Program-made: the position numbers and the translations under genes
Shown: piece by piece, positions 12,429-26,297 of the stretch
Position numbering within the stretch: the stretch's first letter is position 1
How the letters are laid out: the number at the start of each line of letters is the position of its first letter
The notes under the pieces: generated by a model
What the model was told of the DNA's origin: nothing
Database searches by the model: none
Seen by the model: only the letters and a program-made list of their open reading frames with translations
Assembly (NCBI GenBank): GCA_051294375.1
Contig: CM119264.1
Span: 30,467,047-30,531,046 of the forward strand
Direction: 5' to 3'
Source of the DNA: Paraspadella gotoi
Taxonomy: Eukaryota; Animalia; Chaetognatha
Length of the DNA stretch: 64,000 nt

Positions 12429-12899
12429 CAAAAAATTTTTTAGATATAATGTGGGTTCACTAATGTAAAAAACGATTGCCGCGACAGGCACGAACCCGGG
12501 TCCTTTGGGTAGAGAAATAGCTTCACGTTACGTGCGGTCGCCTTAAGTACTGCTGATTTTTAACGAGTTAAAGGGGCTGTAGAGCTTCTCTCTCTCTCTC
12601 TCTTTTAATTATTATATATCGCTCTTTCTCTTTCTCTTTTTCTCTGCAGCGGGCTGATCTCTCTCTCTCTCTCTCTCTTTTTTCTCTCTCTCTCTCTGTC
12701 TCTCTGTCTCTCTTGTGTGTGTCTGTCCCTATTCTGTTTCGATCTTTGCGTGATTCGTTTGTTTTTGGAAAAAATTCTGCATTATTTTTTTCCTTCTTAA
12801 AAACTTTTTTATTATTGCCATTTATCCGCGCTTTTTTCACAAAATCCCAAAATATTTTCATCGAGATTTTGTGTGTGGATTTAATTTCTCTTTCATTTA

Positions 12900-12935
<36 letters not shown>

Positions 12936-12963
12936 TTCTTTTCTCTCTCTCTCTTTCTCTCTT

Positions 12964-12996
<33 letters not shown>

Positions 12997-13029
12997 TTCA
13001 CTCATACACGCATTTGTTTTTGTTTTATT

Positions 13030-13240
13030 GAACTATCATCGCATCAATGAATGACAATCATCGCATTAATGGAATGACAAATCATCGCATCACTGAATGA
13101 CTATCATCACAGCAGTGAATGACTATCATCGCATCAATAATTGATTTATCATCGAATCAATAATCAATCCATTACATCAATAAATTACTATTACATCAAT
13201 CAATTTAGTATTACCTCAATCAATTACTAGTACATAACAA
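13030..13240. repeat. Degenerate ~22-bp tandem repeat inside HINE-like element
   Basis: actatcatcgcatcaatgaatg units decaying into ~19-bp attacatcaat units. Confidence 0.8.
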
Positions 13241-13549
13241 ATTCGATCGCATGATTCATTCGTTTTTTTCCCGGTTTTTTTTCATTAATTTCTATGATAG
13301 TGGGCTCTGGCTCGAATTCTTGAGTCTTTTAAGATTTTTTTTATTTTTATGTCTCCTGTCTCTCTCTCTCTCTTCTCATCTCTCTCTTTCTCTCTCACTC
13401 TTCTCTCTCTCTCTCACTCTCTCTTTCTCTCTCTCCTCTCTCTCTCTCTTTTATTGCAATTCGCGACGATCCTTATGCTTTTCAGATTTTTAACTTGCAT
13501 CATTTTTTAACTTTGCATAATTTTTTCCAACTTGCATTCCGTCAAAACG

Positions 13550-14445
13550 TTTATATCTAGCTTCTTCACTCACTTTCCTACCGGCTCACAAAATTTCATC
13601 TCAACTATCATGGGTTTAAAATAAATTAAAAAAGATTTCAAGTTAAATGCTGACTCATATTTTTTCATTTAAACTCATTTCCCTGGTACGTTTTCCACTT
13701 GAAACTTTATATCAAGCTTCGTCATACGTTTTCCTACCCACACACAAAATTTCAACCTCCCAATCTATCCATCCAATGTATGATTAATTGAGTATTTATT
13801 GGTTAAAATAAGTAAAAAAGATTTTAGTAAATTCGGGATTATGTTTTTTCAATTTAAACTAATTTCCACTCACACGATTCCATCGAAATTTTATATCCAG
13901 CTTTATCACACACTTTCCTACCCACACACAAAATTTAATTCCAATCAAACCAGCCAATTCACGAGTTATTGGAGCTTTTGCTAAGATGGGACGGATGGAC
14001 GATTGAATTGACTAATTAATTAATTATTGATTTAATTTATTTACTAATTGATTAAATTAACTGATTAATTATTTGATTTATTATTACATCTCCGGCAGAT
14101 ACATTTAAATAAAAGGAAAAGAAGCATAATCAATTAGTTAAAACAGGGTTTTTGTTTTTTTCCATTTTAAAACTCATTTCCACTCAAACTATTCCAATCG
14201 AAAACTTGTTTCCTGTTCAATCACACACTTCCTACCCACATACAAAATTCCAGGTCAATTCCAGCCCATCCACTCATGAGCAATTGGTGTTCAAAATAGT
14301 GAATATATTTTTTTTGTTTTTCCATCTTTTAAACTCATTTCCACTCGGACGATTCCATCGAAACTTAATATCCAGCTCATCACACACTTTACCTATCCAA
14401 CACACAAAATTCATTTAAATCCATCCATTCCAATCACGAGTAATT
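13550..14445. repeat. Five degenerate ~155-185-bp central repeats of the HINE-like element
   Basis: Recurrent tatatccagct..tcacacactttcctacccacacacaaaattt at ~13553, 13708, 13892, 14215 and 14368. Confidence 0.8.
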
Positions 14446-14868
14446 GTCGTGTTTTTTGCTAAGGTGGGACGGACGGACGGACGGACGGACGGACGGACAG
14501 ACGGAACGGACGGGACATCATTTTTTTTGCATAATTTTATCATAATTCGATGTTCTGACATGATATAAGTGTGTGCCGACAAATATTGAGGGTGCGGACC
14601 CGACGGACCGAAAAAAGTGAGTTATATAAAAAGTGAGTATATTAGGTCGGGATTCTGCTTTGATTAAGCAGATCCGACTAATGATCGCGCCATGTACAGT
14701 GAATCTGGAAATAGAGAGAATGGATGGACCGGACCCGCCGGTCATTTAAGTCGCAAAGAACCACAGTCGGTTTTAATGAGGCGGATCGTGAATGGTCGGC
14801 CTTTCAAACCCAACGGACGGACCATAAATTCCAATCGTTCTCTCTCTTTGACTCTGTCTCTGTTTGTT

Positions 14869-14917
<49 letters not shown>

Positions 14918-15419
14918 CTCGTTTTTTCTCCAATTCTCTTAATTCCATCCACTTGTCTATTTGCCTCCTCTTCTCTTCATATTCATTCCAACCTTCTCTT
15001 TTCTCTTCTATTTTTTTTCCTCTCTTTCTACTCCTTAATTCTCTTTACTCCCCTTCACTTCTCTTTACTCTAATCTTTTCCTCTATTCTCTCCTCTTTCT
15101 GCTCCTCTCCTGTTTTTACCTCCCGGTTCTTTTCATTTCATTTGCATATTGCAGTATAATAAATACTAATCATATTTGTGTCAACTCATGGTTTTTCACT
15201 GTGTTTTTTTCTAATTAGGAATAGCTTTAATAATATCAATGCTATTTATTTCGTCTACACACATATTTTTACTCTTCCCCTCTTCTCTCTTCTCTCTTTC
15301 TCTCTCGCTTCTCCCTTCCTATTATTTTCACGCGATAAAAATCGTCATGAAAACGGATTTTTTTTTCTGCGGCGAATCTGAATCCGCTAGGAGGACAACG
15401 ATGACGACGACGATGACGA

Positions 15420-15452
<33 letters not shown>

Positions 15453-15690
15453 TGACGACGACGACGAAGAGAATGACCCATTTTTATGGTTTTTCGATCC
15501 AAGATTCACTGGATATAGCAGATACATATGTTATTCGGTAAAAAACATTTCTGCCAAAGGTTAGGAGAATTGAAAATCATAAAATAATAATGTGATTTAT
15601 CAAATTCACACTAGTTTTAGTGAAGTATTTTGATTCACTTTGAGATTAGGTAGCTTTAAAATATAATAATTAAAAAAAAGGATAGAAAAT

Positions 15691-15748
<58 letters not shown>

Positions 15749-15950
15749 AAAAAGAATAACATTATGCTATTCTCTCTCTGGCGGCGACCGGCGAGCGAGC
15801 GGTCTCTGCCCTCGCGACCTCAAGCGGCATAAATCTGTTGTCTTCTTGTTTCTTGTTATGACGAGATCGCGCCCTCTCTGTCTCTATCTCTCTCTTTCTC
15901 TAGATCTTTCTCTTTTTCTTTCTCACTCTCTTTCTCTCTCTAAATCTTTT

Positions 15951-16258
15951 TAGTTGCGCCTCGAGTACTCGCGGAGCAACTCTAAAAGTCACTTTTCGAT
16001 CGATCTGTCGGTTTGTCTTTCTTTCAGTCAGTATGTCTGTCCATCGGTCTGTCCCACTTATGTTAAAAATGAATATAATTCGCCTATATTTGGATGCTCA
16101 ATTGTTAAGACAGAAAAAACCTCAATTCTAAGGGACTACTAGCGCTGCCTTTAGAAAATCCTAAAACTATAAGGAATGGATTTTGATGCAGTGCATGCCA
16201 CAAATACATGGGCTAAAAAATTTTTTAGACATGTCAGGTCATGTCATGTCATATCATG
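15951..16258 (+). mobile_element. HINE-like family 2 copy (in duplicate copy A; 3' end lies inverted at ~16695-16776)
   Basis: tagttgcgcctcgagtactcgcggagcaactctaaaagtcac start; same locus as 25908-26297. Confidence 0.72.
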
Positions 16259-19200
16259 ACCGACCGAACCCGACCGCCGATCCGACCGACACGAACCGAC
16301 CGACCGACCGACCGACCGAGCGCGACCGACCGACCGACCGGACCGAGCGCGACCGAAACAGAAAAAAAATTACGGAACAGAATTATTCAAGACCGAAACA
16401 AACAAATAAAAAAAAGATGGTTGGGGGATACGAGAGAGAGTGGGGAGAGAGAGTGGAGTGGGGGAGAGAGAGTGAGTGGGAAGAACGGGAGAGAGGAGAA
16501 AGAGAGGAAGTGGGGGAGGGAGAAAGATAGTGGGGGAGGGAGAAAGGGAAAGAAAAAATAAGAGGAGGGTGAGAGAGAGAGAGAGGGAGGGAGTGAGGAA
16601 GAGAAGAGAGAGGTTGCGGGTGAAGAGAGCAAAGAAGAAAAAAAGAGACAGAAAGGGAAAGGGAGAAAGTAAGATAGAAAGAGAAGAAAGAGAAAAAACA
16701 AGAATGTCCGATTCCAAATGAGTTACGGGCCGCAGTGAACTTTTTATTTTGACGTTTAATTTTCTTTTTGATCACCNNNNNNNNNNNNNNNNNNNNNNNN
16801 NTCTATCCCCAACCATCTTTTTTTTATTTGTTTGTTTTCGTCTTTGAATAATTCTGCTCCGTAATTTTTTTTTCTGTTTCGGGTCGNNNNNNNNNNNNNN
16901 NNNNNNNNNNNCAATTCTATCCAGGTTTCAGCACATATAATCAAAGTCAGAAAGAGAAAAACAGGCAGAACAAGAAAAAAGGATAGAAAATGTTGCATTT
17001 CTTAATCTCTTTACTCCTTTTGTCTTGTCTTCCACTTTCCTCCTCCCCTTCTTCCTCTCCTTCTTCATTCCTTCATTTTCCTTTCCTCCTTTATGTAACT
17101 TCTTCTACTTTTCTTTCTTTCTTTCCTCTCCTCTTCTCCTTTTCTTTTTATTTTCTTCCTCTCCTTTATCCTTTTTTGTTTATTTCTTCCTCTCCTTCTT
17201 CTCTTTTTCTTTTTTTTATTTCTTCCTCTCCTTTTCTCTTTTTTCCTCCTTCCTCTTATTCTTATGATCCATCCTTTACTTCTTCTTTTCGCTAACCTCT
17301 TCATTTTCTTAAATGGAAACAATTTAGAAGATGATTGTTAACGACCTAATCAGCTCAAAGATGAGTAAAGAAACGAACCGGGAACCGCGATAAAACTTGG
17401 CAACTGCCAGGGCTTAATATAACCTGGCACCGTCAGGGCTTATTATACCATGCACCGGCCAGGTCTAATATGGCCAAGGACCGGCCAGGTGCTAATAGTA
17501 ACCAGGCAACTTGCCATGACCTAAAAAGCCGACATTGGCCAGCGATCAATAGAACGTCAAGAAATTTTGAAACTATTTTCCTCGACGCCTATCATAAAAT
17601 AAAAATTGTAGCAACATCTTAAGGCCGTTTACAACCCACCTTTGCGGATCGGTTATAACCGGTCTATTCAGTTGAGCTGACTTGAGCTTGCATTCAACAG
17701 CAGGATTTAGAGCAATGCGCGCAGGCCTATCATTTCTTGTTTTGTGACGCGGCTATCGTTTCTTGTTGGCACTTTGGGAAAATATTGAGGGAGGAGAAAA
17801 ATTTATTGGCGAACATAACTAAAGTGACAGCGAGGAGTGTTGATTGCAATTTTCAACTATTCCATGAGCGATTGGAGGGAAAAACAAATATGAATCCCAA
17901 CCAATGATAAAGATTTTGTTGGGCCAGAATCGTGGGCAAAGGGCTTTCGGCATGGAATGTAGAAGCATTTCGCAGCAATTTCCGTCATCGTTCTGGTCCT
18001 CCGTCCGCTTCCGTCCGTCGGAAGCCTTGGCCTTTTCGCCGGGACGCGCGGGGGCCAAACGCGGTTCGAAGTTGCGACGCCGACCCGAGATTATCTAGCC
18101 ACCGATCTCCAGATGCAGATTCCAACCCCGATTTAACGACCCAGGGTCAGAAAATTAAAGAGAATTTCGCTGATGAAATGTAGTCGATCCACGCGCCTCG
18201 TCGGCTTCGTGGGTTAAGAAGGGACAAGGAAAGGTCAGCTGGAGATGGTGCGGAGTGGCAAAATATAATAATGGGGTGAGTAGGTTAAAAACAGTGAGTG
18301 ATGGTACGAGTGGTGGAATTCAATTGAGTTACAAGTTTGGCAGCATAGTAGACTAAAACCTGAATTCTATTAGGCAATTTGTATAATCTATTTCCTTTAC
18401 AGTACTTCCTAACCATAATCTTTAATCTCTAATCATTAACCTAACAACTAATCTTTAACCTCATTTCTTCCCATTCTTACCTAGATTACCTTAATTCCGA
18501 ATTCGATACGAAAAGTGGCGGTTTGGGAAAATAGCGCCAGATAAGGTTAGCCTTAGTTTTAATTTATCACGTTAGGGTATGAATAATTTTGGAAATTAAT
18601 GCAAAGTTCGGAAATTTGTCTTGATAAAGACACTAATCTTTTTTGTTTGTTTTGTATTTCAGATGCAACAGAAAACAAATATCAATATTTTACAGCAATT
18701 AAAATTTCTTTAATATAGGATGACATTCACAATTACAAATATGGGCACGTAGTTTTTACTAATAAGGAATTTGTTAACAACGAGTTCTTGTCTCCACAAT
18801 TTTTTTTAAATTTCTTGTTTATTTTTAACGCGTATAAAAAGTGGAGGAGAGAGAGAGAAAAATACTTTCAATTAATACACTGTGTGACCTCTAGAAGCAC
18901 AGAGGATTTGTTTTCTTCGTTTGTTCAATTCGGTTTTTTTTTTTTTAAAAAGATATGTCGAACTAAACATACCTCGATTCGTTTGTGGTTTTTTAATTAA
19001 ATAAATTAATCAACTAAAAAGTAGCGAACGAAAATACCGCTAAAATAAATGTTAAATTAAAAACGAGATATCAGTTTTATATTTTCAAATATATCACGCT
19101 TCACTAAATGCGACAGGAAAGAATTTTTAAAATCGGAATAAAATTAAGAGGGGAGAAAATTTATTATTTTTATAAATGATGTAAATGGACTTTTTCACGT

Positions 19201-20604
19201 CAAAACCCGAAATCATTAGAGATTAATTCTCGATGAGAAGCATGCGAGAGAGAGAGAGGGAGGGTGGAGGGGAGAAGGGAGGAAGAAGGAGGCGAGGGAG
19301 GGGGTAGAGAAGGAGAGGGAGGAGGGGGATGGGAAGGGAGAAAAGGGATAAGGAGAGGGAAAGACAGAGACGAGTGGAAGAGAGCCAGAGTTTAGAACTT
19401 TAAGAAGCGTTTGGAGATAAACGGCGGAACAAAAAAAGAGAGGAGGGGAGCAAGAGAAGAAGGATAGAGGGCGGGAACATTTAAATGGTACCGGGGATAA
19501 AGGAAAGAAAAAAGAGAGAAGGGGAAATTTAAAAGTTTGGTGTGAGATTAAAAAAGAAAACAAAAACAAACAGAGGAAAAGTGAAATATGAATTAGAAAA
19601 GAGAGAGATTAAAAATATAAGGAGGAAAGCCCATAGAGGGATTTAGCGGAAGAAGAAAAAGATTAAAAGAGGTAAGAACAGTGGCGCTAATAACAAAGGT
19701 AGGTGGACAACAAAAGAGGGAGATGGATATGTAGGAGGTAAGGGCTAATGGGTTAAAGCGGAGATGAGGTTCGACTGAATAACCTTTTCCTCATACGTAG
19801 TTCTTCCTTCAAAGGTTCGACTCGATTTCTCTCTCCCAATGAGAGAGCGAACTTGATGAGGTTATTAAGAAATCTGGATTGCCGCAAAATGAGATCATGA
19901 CGAGGGGATGGAAGTCTTAGGCCCTTCATATCGGGGCCGGCGTTCCTGCTTATTTTTTTTGCTTGGGAGAAGGGGGAGAGAGAGGCGAGAGAAGATAAAA
20001 GGCCTTATAGAGGCGCCATTCATATCGGGGGCTGTGGCTTTCGTTTCCCTTTATAGAGACGAGAGAGGGGGATAAAGACAAGGTCCAAAGCAGAAGTAGG
20101 GGTGGTGAGATGAAAAGATTTAAGCGATTTTACCATTAATATTGTTATTTTTATTGTATTGATTTACCATATATTAATATTTTGCTTCTGTTCCCAAAAC
20201 AATAGGAACAAAATACTTTTTGTACTCGATAATATAATACTTCTTGCATAAAATTATTATGTTACTTGACTCAAATCAAATTTTTTTCACCAGATCTCCA
20301 CTTCTATTATAGAGCCATATCATATCGGGTCCGGCTCGCTTTTTTTCGCTTTAGAGAAGAGGGGATAGAGAAAAGAGAGAGAGGGATGGAAGCCTATAAA
20401 AGGCCCATTCATATTTGCTTTTAGAGAAGAGGGAAAGGGACATGAGAGAGATAGGGAGTGCCAATAATACTGGTGCAGAGGCTGGATTGGGCCCATTTTG
20501 GGGGAATGGGATGGATGTTCACAGAAGCCTTTATTTGCTTTTAGGAAGGGAGGTTAATAAATTATGGAAAGGAGGTGGAGGAGAAGAGAGAGAGACGAGA
20601 AGAT

Positions 20605-20650
<46 letters not shown>

Positions 20651-21044
20651 GAGAGAGAGAGGGAAGGAAACGAAAGAATCGGAAATAACTAAAAAATGAC
20701 GTTCGTAAAGATATATAGGAACGAGTGGAATGCATGCAGACCTTCTCTCTCTTCTCTCTCTTTTTATTTCTCTTTCTCTCATTCTTCTCCCTCTCTCTCT
20801 CTTCTCTCTCTCTCTCCCCTCTCTCTCCTATTCACTATTTCATCCCTAGGTATTTGTACCTATCAAATTTTAGATACCCTTTTCAAAAGAATGTCATAAA
20901 ATTATGCAGACTTTTAATTAGCTTCCACGCGGAAGATAATGAGGAGCGGGAAGAGAGAATAACTGAAAGAGAGAGAGAGAGAGGGAGAGGGAGAGAGAGA
21001 CAGAAGCTGGAGAATATTAAAACACCCCATCTCGGTTTTTCTCT

Positions 21045-21081
<37 letters not shown>

Positions 21082-21096
21082 CTCTCTCTCTCTCTT

Positions 21097-21146
<50 letters not shown>

Positions 21147-21224
21147 TCTCTCTCTCTCTTGTAAAACAAGCGTTTAATTTCCTCCCAAGTCGGGCAACTC
21201 CCTCCTTCGTAGCATCGACTCCTT

Positions 21225-22285
21225 AAATACTTTGCTCCTACTTCCCAATCGCTCCTTTTTCCTCTTTTTCCCATTCATTTCGCTCTACTCCCACTTCTGT
21301 TCCGCCTCCTAATTCCCTCCTTTCCGCTCCTACTTTCCTCTTCGCTCCTTCTTCCCTCAATTCAGCTTCATATTCCCCTTATTTTGCTCCTACCTCCCCC
21401 CTCCTTTCCGCCTCTATACCACCCTATTATCCCGCTCCTACTTCCCACTCATACTCCCCCTCCTTTACCGCTCCTACCCCCCTCCTATTCGCTCCTTACT
21501 CCACTCTCTTCCTACTCCCTCTCCCGCTCCTATTCCGCTCCTACACCCTCTTATTCCGCTCCTACTCTCCCTCCTTCCGTCCTAATCCCCTTCCTTCCCC
21601 TCCCTACCACCTCTTATTCCGCTCCCACTCCCCTCCTTATTCGCTTTACTCCCCTCTTTCCGCTCCTACCCCCTCTTATTCGCTCCCACTCCCCTCCTAT
21701 TCGCTTCTATCCCCTTCCTCATTCTGCTCCTACCCCTCTTATTTCCGCTCCCACCCCCCCTCCTATTCGTTTACTCCCCTCCTTTCCGCTCTACCCCCTC
21801 TATTCGCTCCCCTCCCCCTCTATTCGCTTCTACTTCCCCTTCCTTTCCGCTCCAACCCCTCTTATTCCGTCCCACTCCTCCACTTTCGCTTCTACTCCCC
21901 TCCTTTTCGCTCCTACCCCCTCTTATTCCCCCCCCGGCTTCCACTCCCCCTCCTTATCGCTTCTCTCCCCTCTTCGCCTCCAACCCCCTCTTATTCGCTC
22001 CACGTCCCCCACCTATTCGCTTCTACTTCCCCTCCTTTTCCGCTCCTACCCCTCTTATTCCGCTCCACTCCCTCCCTATCGCTTCTATCCCTCCTTTTCC
22101 GTCTTACTCCCCCGGCTCGGGGTCGCTCCTTTCCAACCTCCTCCTACTCCCTTCCTATACCGCTCCTACACCGCTTATTTCCGTTCCTACCAGCCTATTA
22201 TTCGCTCCTACTCCCACTTCATATCCCCGTCCTACTCCCCCTACTCTCCTCTCCTATTCCCCTTCATTCCATTTCTCTTCATCCG
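21225..22285. repeat. C/T-rich degenerate ~20-bp minisatellite
   Basis: Consensus approximately TATTCCGCTCCTACCCCTCT repeated over ~1 kb; explains spurious ORF 21384..22295. Confidence 0.88.
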
Positions 22286-22346
22286 CCATAATTAAAGTCA
22301 ACATTTTTCTGCGTTGGAATTTCCTGGTTCTTACGAAGTCTCTCTC

Positions 22347-22419
<73 letters not shown>

Positions 22420-24754
22420 CTCCAAACTTTTTCGTTTTATTTAATTTTGTTTTTTTTTACTTAAATAAATAAATTTATGTTTTATTTATTACAGAGCCGT
22501 TTCGCGCTTATCGAGTTTCTTTATTGTTTGTTACATGTCTCCCATTTCTGCTCTCTCGAAACAAAGCCTTCGGGCCCGCTTCCATCCTTTGTTATATAAA
22601 TAACGTCCTTTTGTTTTAATAATAATTTAAATTTTTTAGTGATTGAGAGTTCTTTACGATGTCGGTAGACAGAATTATTTTCGTCATTTGCTTGTTTTAT
22701 TTGATTATTTTTCACTTTTTATAGTAATGTATCTATTTTTTAAAAAATTACCGTAATTTTCAGTTTTAAATCTAATTTACTCATCTATCCTGTCTTATAT
22801 TTTGTTCCTTTTTTTTACTCGATAATTCATGTTGTATTTTCTTTTTGTATTATATTTTTTACTTATAATTTCCAAAACTCGTACTTCTAAACTTTTACCG
22901 GTCTTCCCTTTTTCCGTGAGCCTCACCTTCCATCTCTTCACGTTCACAGGTTTCGTCGTGATTTCACTCTCAGGTTTTTCACGTTTTTATCTTTCGTGAG
23001 AAAAAGAAGAAATTAAAAAACCCAATAGAGGAAACAAAAAGAAGAAACAGTAAGAAACAGAAGAAACAGAAACAAGAAACGAAATAAAAAAGCAAAGAAA
23101 TTGCTTTTTTTGTTTGGGATAAGACTTTCTTGAAAGAAAAAAGGGAAAAAAAACAAAATAAAATATTAATGAAAAGAGAATTAGGAGTAGACGGATAGAA
23201 AGACATAAACACAGAAAAAATGAGAAAGGAAAAAGATAGGAGAAATAAACCAAAAAAAGAAAAGAAGAAAGAAAGAAAGAAAAAGATAAATAGAAGAAAT
23301 GGATAATTTTTATTCGCCAATTAAACAAAGGGAAAGAGAGAAAGAACGAAAAGGAACGAAAAAAAAAAAGGATAGAAAAAGAAAGTAAAGACGGGTAAGA
23401 TGGTTGTCATGAATGGAGTTTAAAAAGGGAGAGGTCTGTTAAAGGGGCTGTGGAAGGCGAAAGGTGTTTGGAAGGGAAAGGGAATTCGAAGAAGGGCGAC
23501 TAAGAAGGGAAAGAGGTCTAAAAGGGAAAGGGGGTCTGGAAGGGTACCGGTGGACAAGGGTTTTGGAGCTTCGGTTCGGGTTTCGTTCGGTTAAACCAAT
23601 TTTAATTCAAAATTGAATTTTTCTTCGACGCGCGCGGTGATGCGGCGGCGCCTATTTCGTGACGCGTTGGATTTCCGCCGTGCGCGCGCGCTAATCCGCG
23701 TGACTGAGCGCTAGGTTCCGCGTTAGCGCCGCCACGCACGCTAACGCTTCCAGTCTCTCCTTCCCCTTCTCAATCGAGACAGAGATTTCTTTTCGTTTCG
23801 ATTCCACGATTCCATTTCGATCACGTGACCCCTTCCTGGATCCACGTGACGTTGCGGCGATGTGTTGACTGCAGCTGGTTGGAGAGGTTAGTTGAGGATG
23901 ACATGAGTTCCTGCGGTGATTGTGAGGCGGGAGTTGGCAGAGGGGCGGAGTTGGGAGCCTGGAAAGGTGGTGTGGGTTGAGGGCGAGAGTGGAAAAGGTG
24001 GTTGAATCTCAGCTTGTTCCGTTTGGGCGTCGATTTTAAAACGTTTGCCATTTTTGGCGCCTTTTTTATCCTGCGGCTACATTGGATGGCTTTATGGTTT
24101 GGTCGGGTCTGTTTATAATCTGTTTTTAAATTTATTAAATAATTTGAAGAATGAAGTCATCCAATGATTAATTATTATGGAAAATAAAAATTTTAAAAAT
24201 AATTTTTTTATGCATGTTATTTAATAAGTATTAGGACGCCCAGTTTGGTCTTTGCTTTAGTTTTAATCTTTGTTTAAATACTAAAATACCTTTAAATAAA
24301 AAATCCTATCAATCATTCATTGTAAGTTTGTGGCATGGGAGCTGTTAAATACGTATACTATGAAATAAAAAAAACATTTTTCACAAACCCAACGGATCGA
24401 TCGCTAGTAACTGTTCTCCATTATCTCCCACGTCTTTACCGTTTTGATACTGTATGCGCGTTTCCTCTCCAGTACAACAAGCAAAGGGTGATGAGGATGA
24501 CCAAAGATGCGTATGAACAAGCAGAGAATGATTTACGCCCATGTACAGTGGATCTGGAAAGAGAATGATCGCGCCATGTACAGTGAATCTGGAAATAAGA
24601 GAGAATGGATTGGACCGCCTGGTCATTTAAGTCGCAAGAACACACAGTCGGTTTTAAGTGAGCGCGGATCGTGAATGGTCGGCCCTTTCAAACCAACGGA
24701 ACGGCATAAATTCATCGTTCTCTGCTCTTTGACTCTGGTCTCTGTTTGTTGGCT

Positions 24755-24808
<54 letters not shown>

Positions 24809-25633
24809 CTCACTCTCGATTTTTTCTCCAATTCTCTAATTCTATCCACTTGTCTATTTTGCCTCCTCTTCTCTTCATATTCATTTCAACCTGTCTCTTT
24901 TCTCTCTATTTTTTTTCCTCTCTTCTACTCCTCCTATTTCTCTTTACTCCCCTTCACTGTCTCTTTACTTCTAATCTTCCTCGATTTTCTCCTCTTTTGT
25001 CTTCTCCGTTTTACCTCACCGAGTTCTTTTCATTTCATCTTGCATATGCAGTATAATAAATACTAATCATATTGTGTCACTTCATGGTTTCCACTGTATG
25101 TTTTTTTTTCTAATCTTAAAGTAAGAATAGCTTGTAATATTCAATGCCAATTTATTTCGTCTACACACATATTTTTACTCTATTCTTCCTTTCTCTACTT
25201 TCTCTTCTCCTCTTCTCTCTTCTCTTCTTTCTCTCTCGCTCTCCCTCTAGTTATTTCACGCCGAATTAAAAAATTCGTCATGAAAACGGATTTTTTTTTT
25301 CTGCGGAGCGATCTGAATTCCGCAGGAGGACAACGACGACGACGACTCCGACGACGACGATTGACGACGACCGATGACGACGACGATGAGGGAATGACCA
25401 TTATGGTTTTCGATCCAAGATTCACTGGATTGTAAAATTGATATTAAATGTAAGGATATAGCAGATACATATGTTATCGGTAAAATCATTTCTGTCCAAA
25501 GGTTAGGAGAATGAAAATCATAAATAATATTGTGATTTATCAAATTCACAATAGTTTTACGTGAAGTATTTTTTGATTCAACTTTGAAGATATGTAGCTT
25601 TAAAATATAATAATTAAAAAAAAGGATAGAAAT

Positions 25634-25680
<47 letters not shown>

Positions 25681-25907
25681 AGAGAGAGAGAGAGAAGAGA
25701 GATAGCAAAAAAGATATACCATTATGCTATTCTCTCTCTTGGCGGCGACCGTGCGAGCGAGGGTCTCTGCCCTCGCGACCTCAAGCGGCATAAATCTGTT
25801 GTTTCTTGTTCTGTTATGACGAGATCGCGCCCCTCTCTGTCTCTATCTCTCTCTTTCTCTAGATTCTCCTCTTTTCTCTTTCTCACTCTCTTTCTCTCTC
25901 TAAATCT

Positions 25908-26297
25908 TAGGTTGCCGCCGCGAGTTTATCGCGGTAGCAACTCTTAAAAGTCACTTTTTCGGTCGGTCTGTCGGTTTCTCAGTTTCTTTCAGTCGGTATG
26001 TCTGTTCATCCTGCTCTTGGTCCCACTTATGTTAAAAATGAATATTAATTCGCCTATATTTGGATGCTTCAATTGTAAGACAAGAAAAAACCTCAATTTC
26101 TAAATGGGACCGCTTGCGCTGCTTTAAGAAATCCTAAAACTATAAGGAATGGATTTTAATGCAGTGCATGCCATAATACATGCTTAAGATTTTTTAGACA
26201 TGTCAGGTCATTGTCATGTCTATCATGTGATTCAAAGGAAATAAACGTCAAAATAAAAGTCACTTGCGGCGCAATTCATTGGAATCGACATCTTGTT
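25908..26297 (+). mobile_element. HINE-like family 2 copy (in duplicate copy B)
   Basis: gttgccgccgcgag..tcgcggtagcaact hairpin, gtcggtc tract, gcggcgcaa and cttgtt 3' end; core similar to 38214-38553. Confidence 0.75.

Larger units (their letters stand above)
11811..14680 (-). mobile_element. DINE-1/HINE-like non-autonomous Helentron-type element, family 1 (2.87 kb)
   Basis: Absent from the duplicate copy (empty site gaga|atgatcg at 24561-24571). Subterminal inverted repeat t(t)cggatctgc at ~11830 vs gcagatccgac at ~14668. Terminal hairpin gtcgggattctgct..agcagatccgac (14646-14678), (GGAC)n tract 14467-14515, internal tandem repeats, small stem-loop gtttg-ac-caaac next to the aacaag end. 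Inserted in AA (TT on element strand) without a clear TSD. Confidence 0.8.
1..16260. repeat. Large duplicated segment, copy A (partner 17441-26740)
   Basis: 1-3781 matches 17441-21260; ~9630-11198 matches ~22435-24335; 11560-11810 matches 24330-24564; 14681-16258 matches 24565-26228. Differences are mostly 1-bp indels. Confidence 0.95.

Noticed and set aside
12470-12560. tRNA/SINE-like minus-strand stretch with ccgggttcgtgcc (B-box-like) followed by a T-run
   Set aside because: No A-box or cloverleaf could be built; single occurrence in the window.
13030-14445. Regularly spaced repeats that might suggest a CRISPR-like array
   Set aside because: Eukaryotic context; the units are degenerate tandem repeats without unique spacers, inside a transposon; no cas genes.
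11771-14715. ~37-bp direct repeats (gagaatgat..cgc.catgtacagtg.atctggaa) flanking the 2.87-kb element, resembling a long TSD
   Set aside because: Both repeat units are already present in tandem at the empty site (24524-24600), so they predate the insertion.
21384-22295. 303-aa Pro/Ser/Leu-rich ORF resembling an extensin
   Set aside because: Translation of a C/T-rich minisatellite that lacks stop codons because of its composition; no ATG start or splice context.
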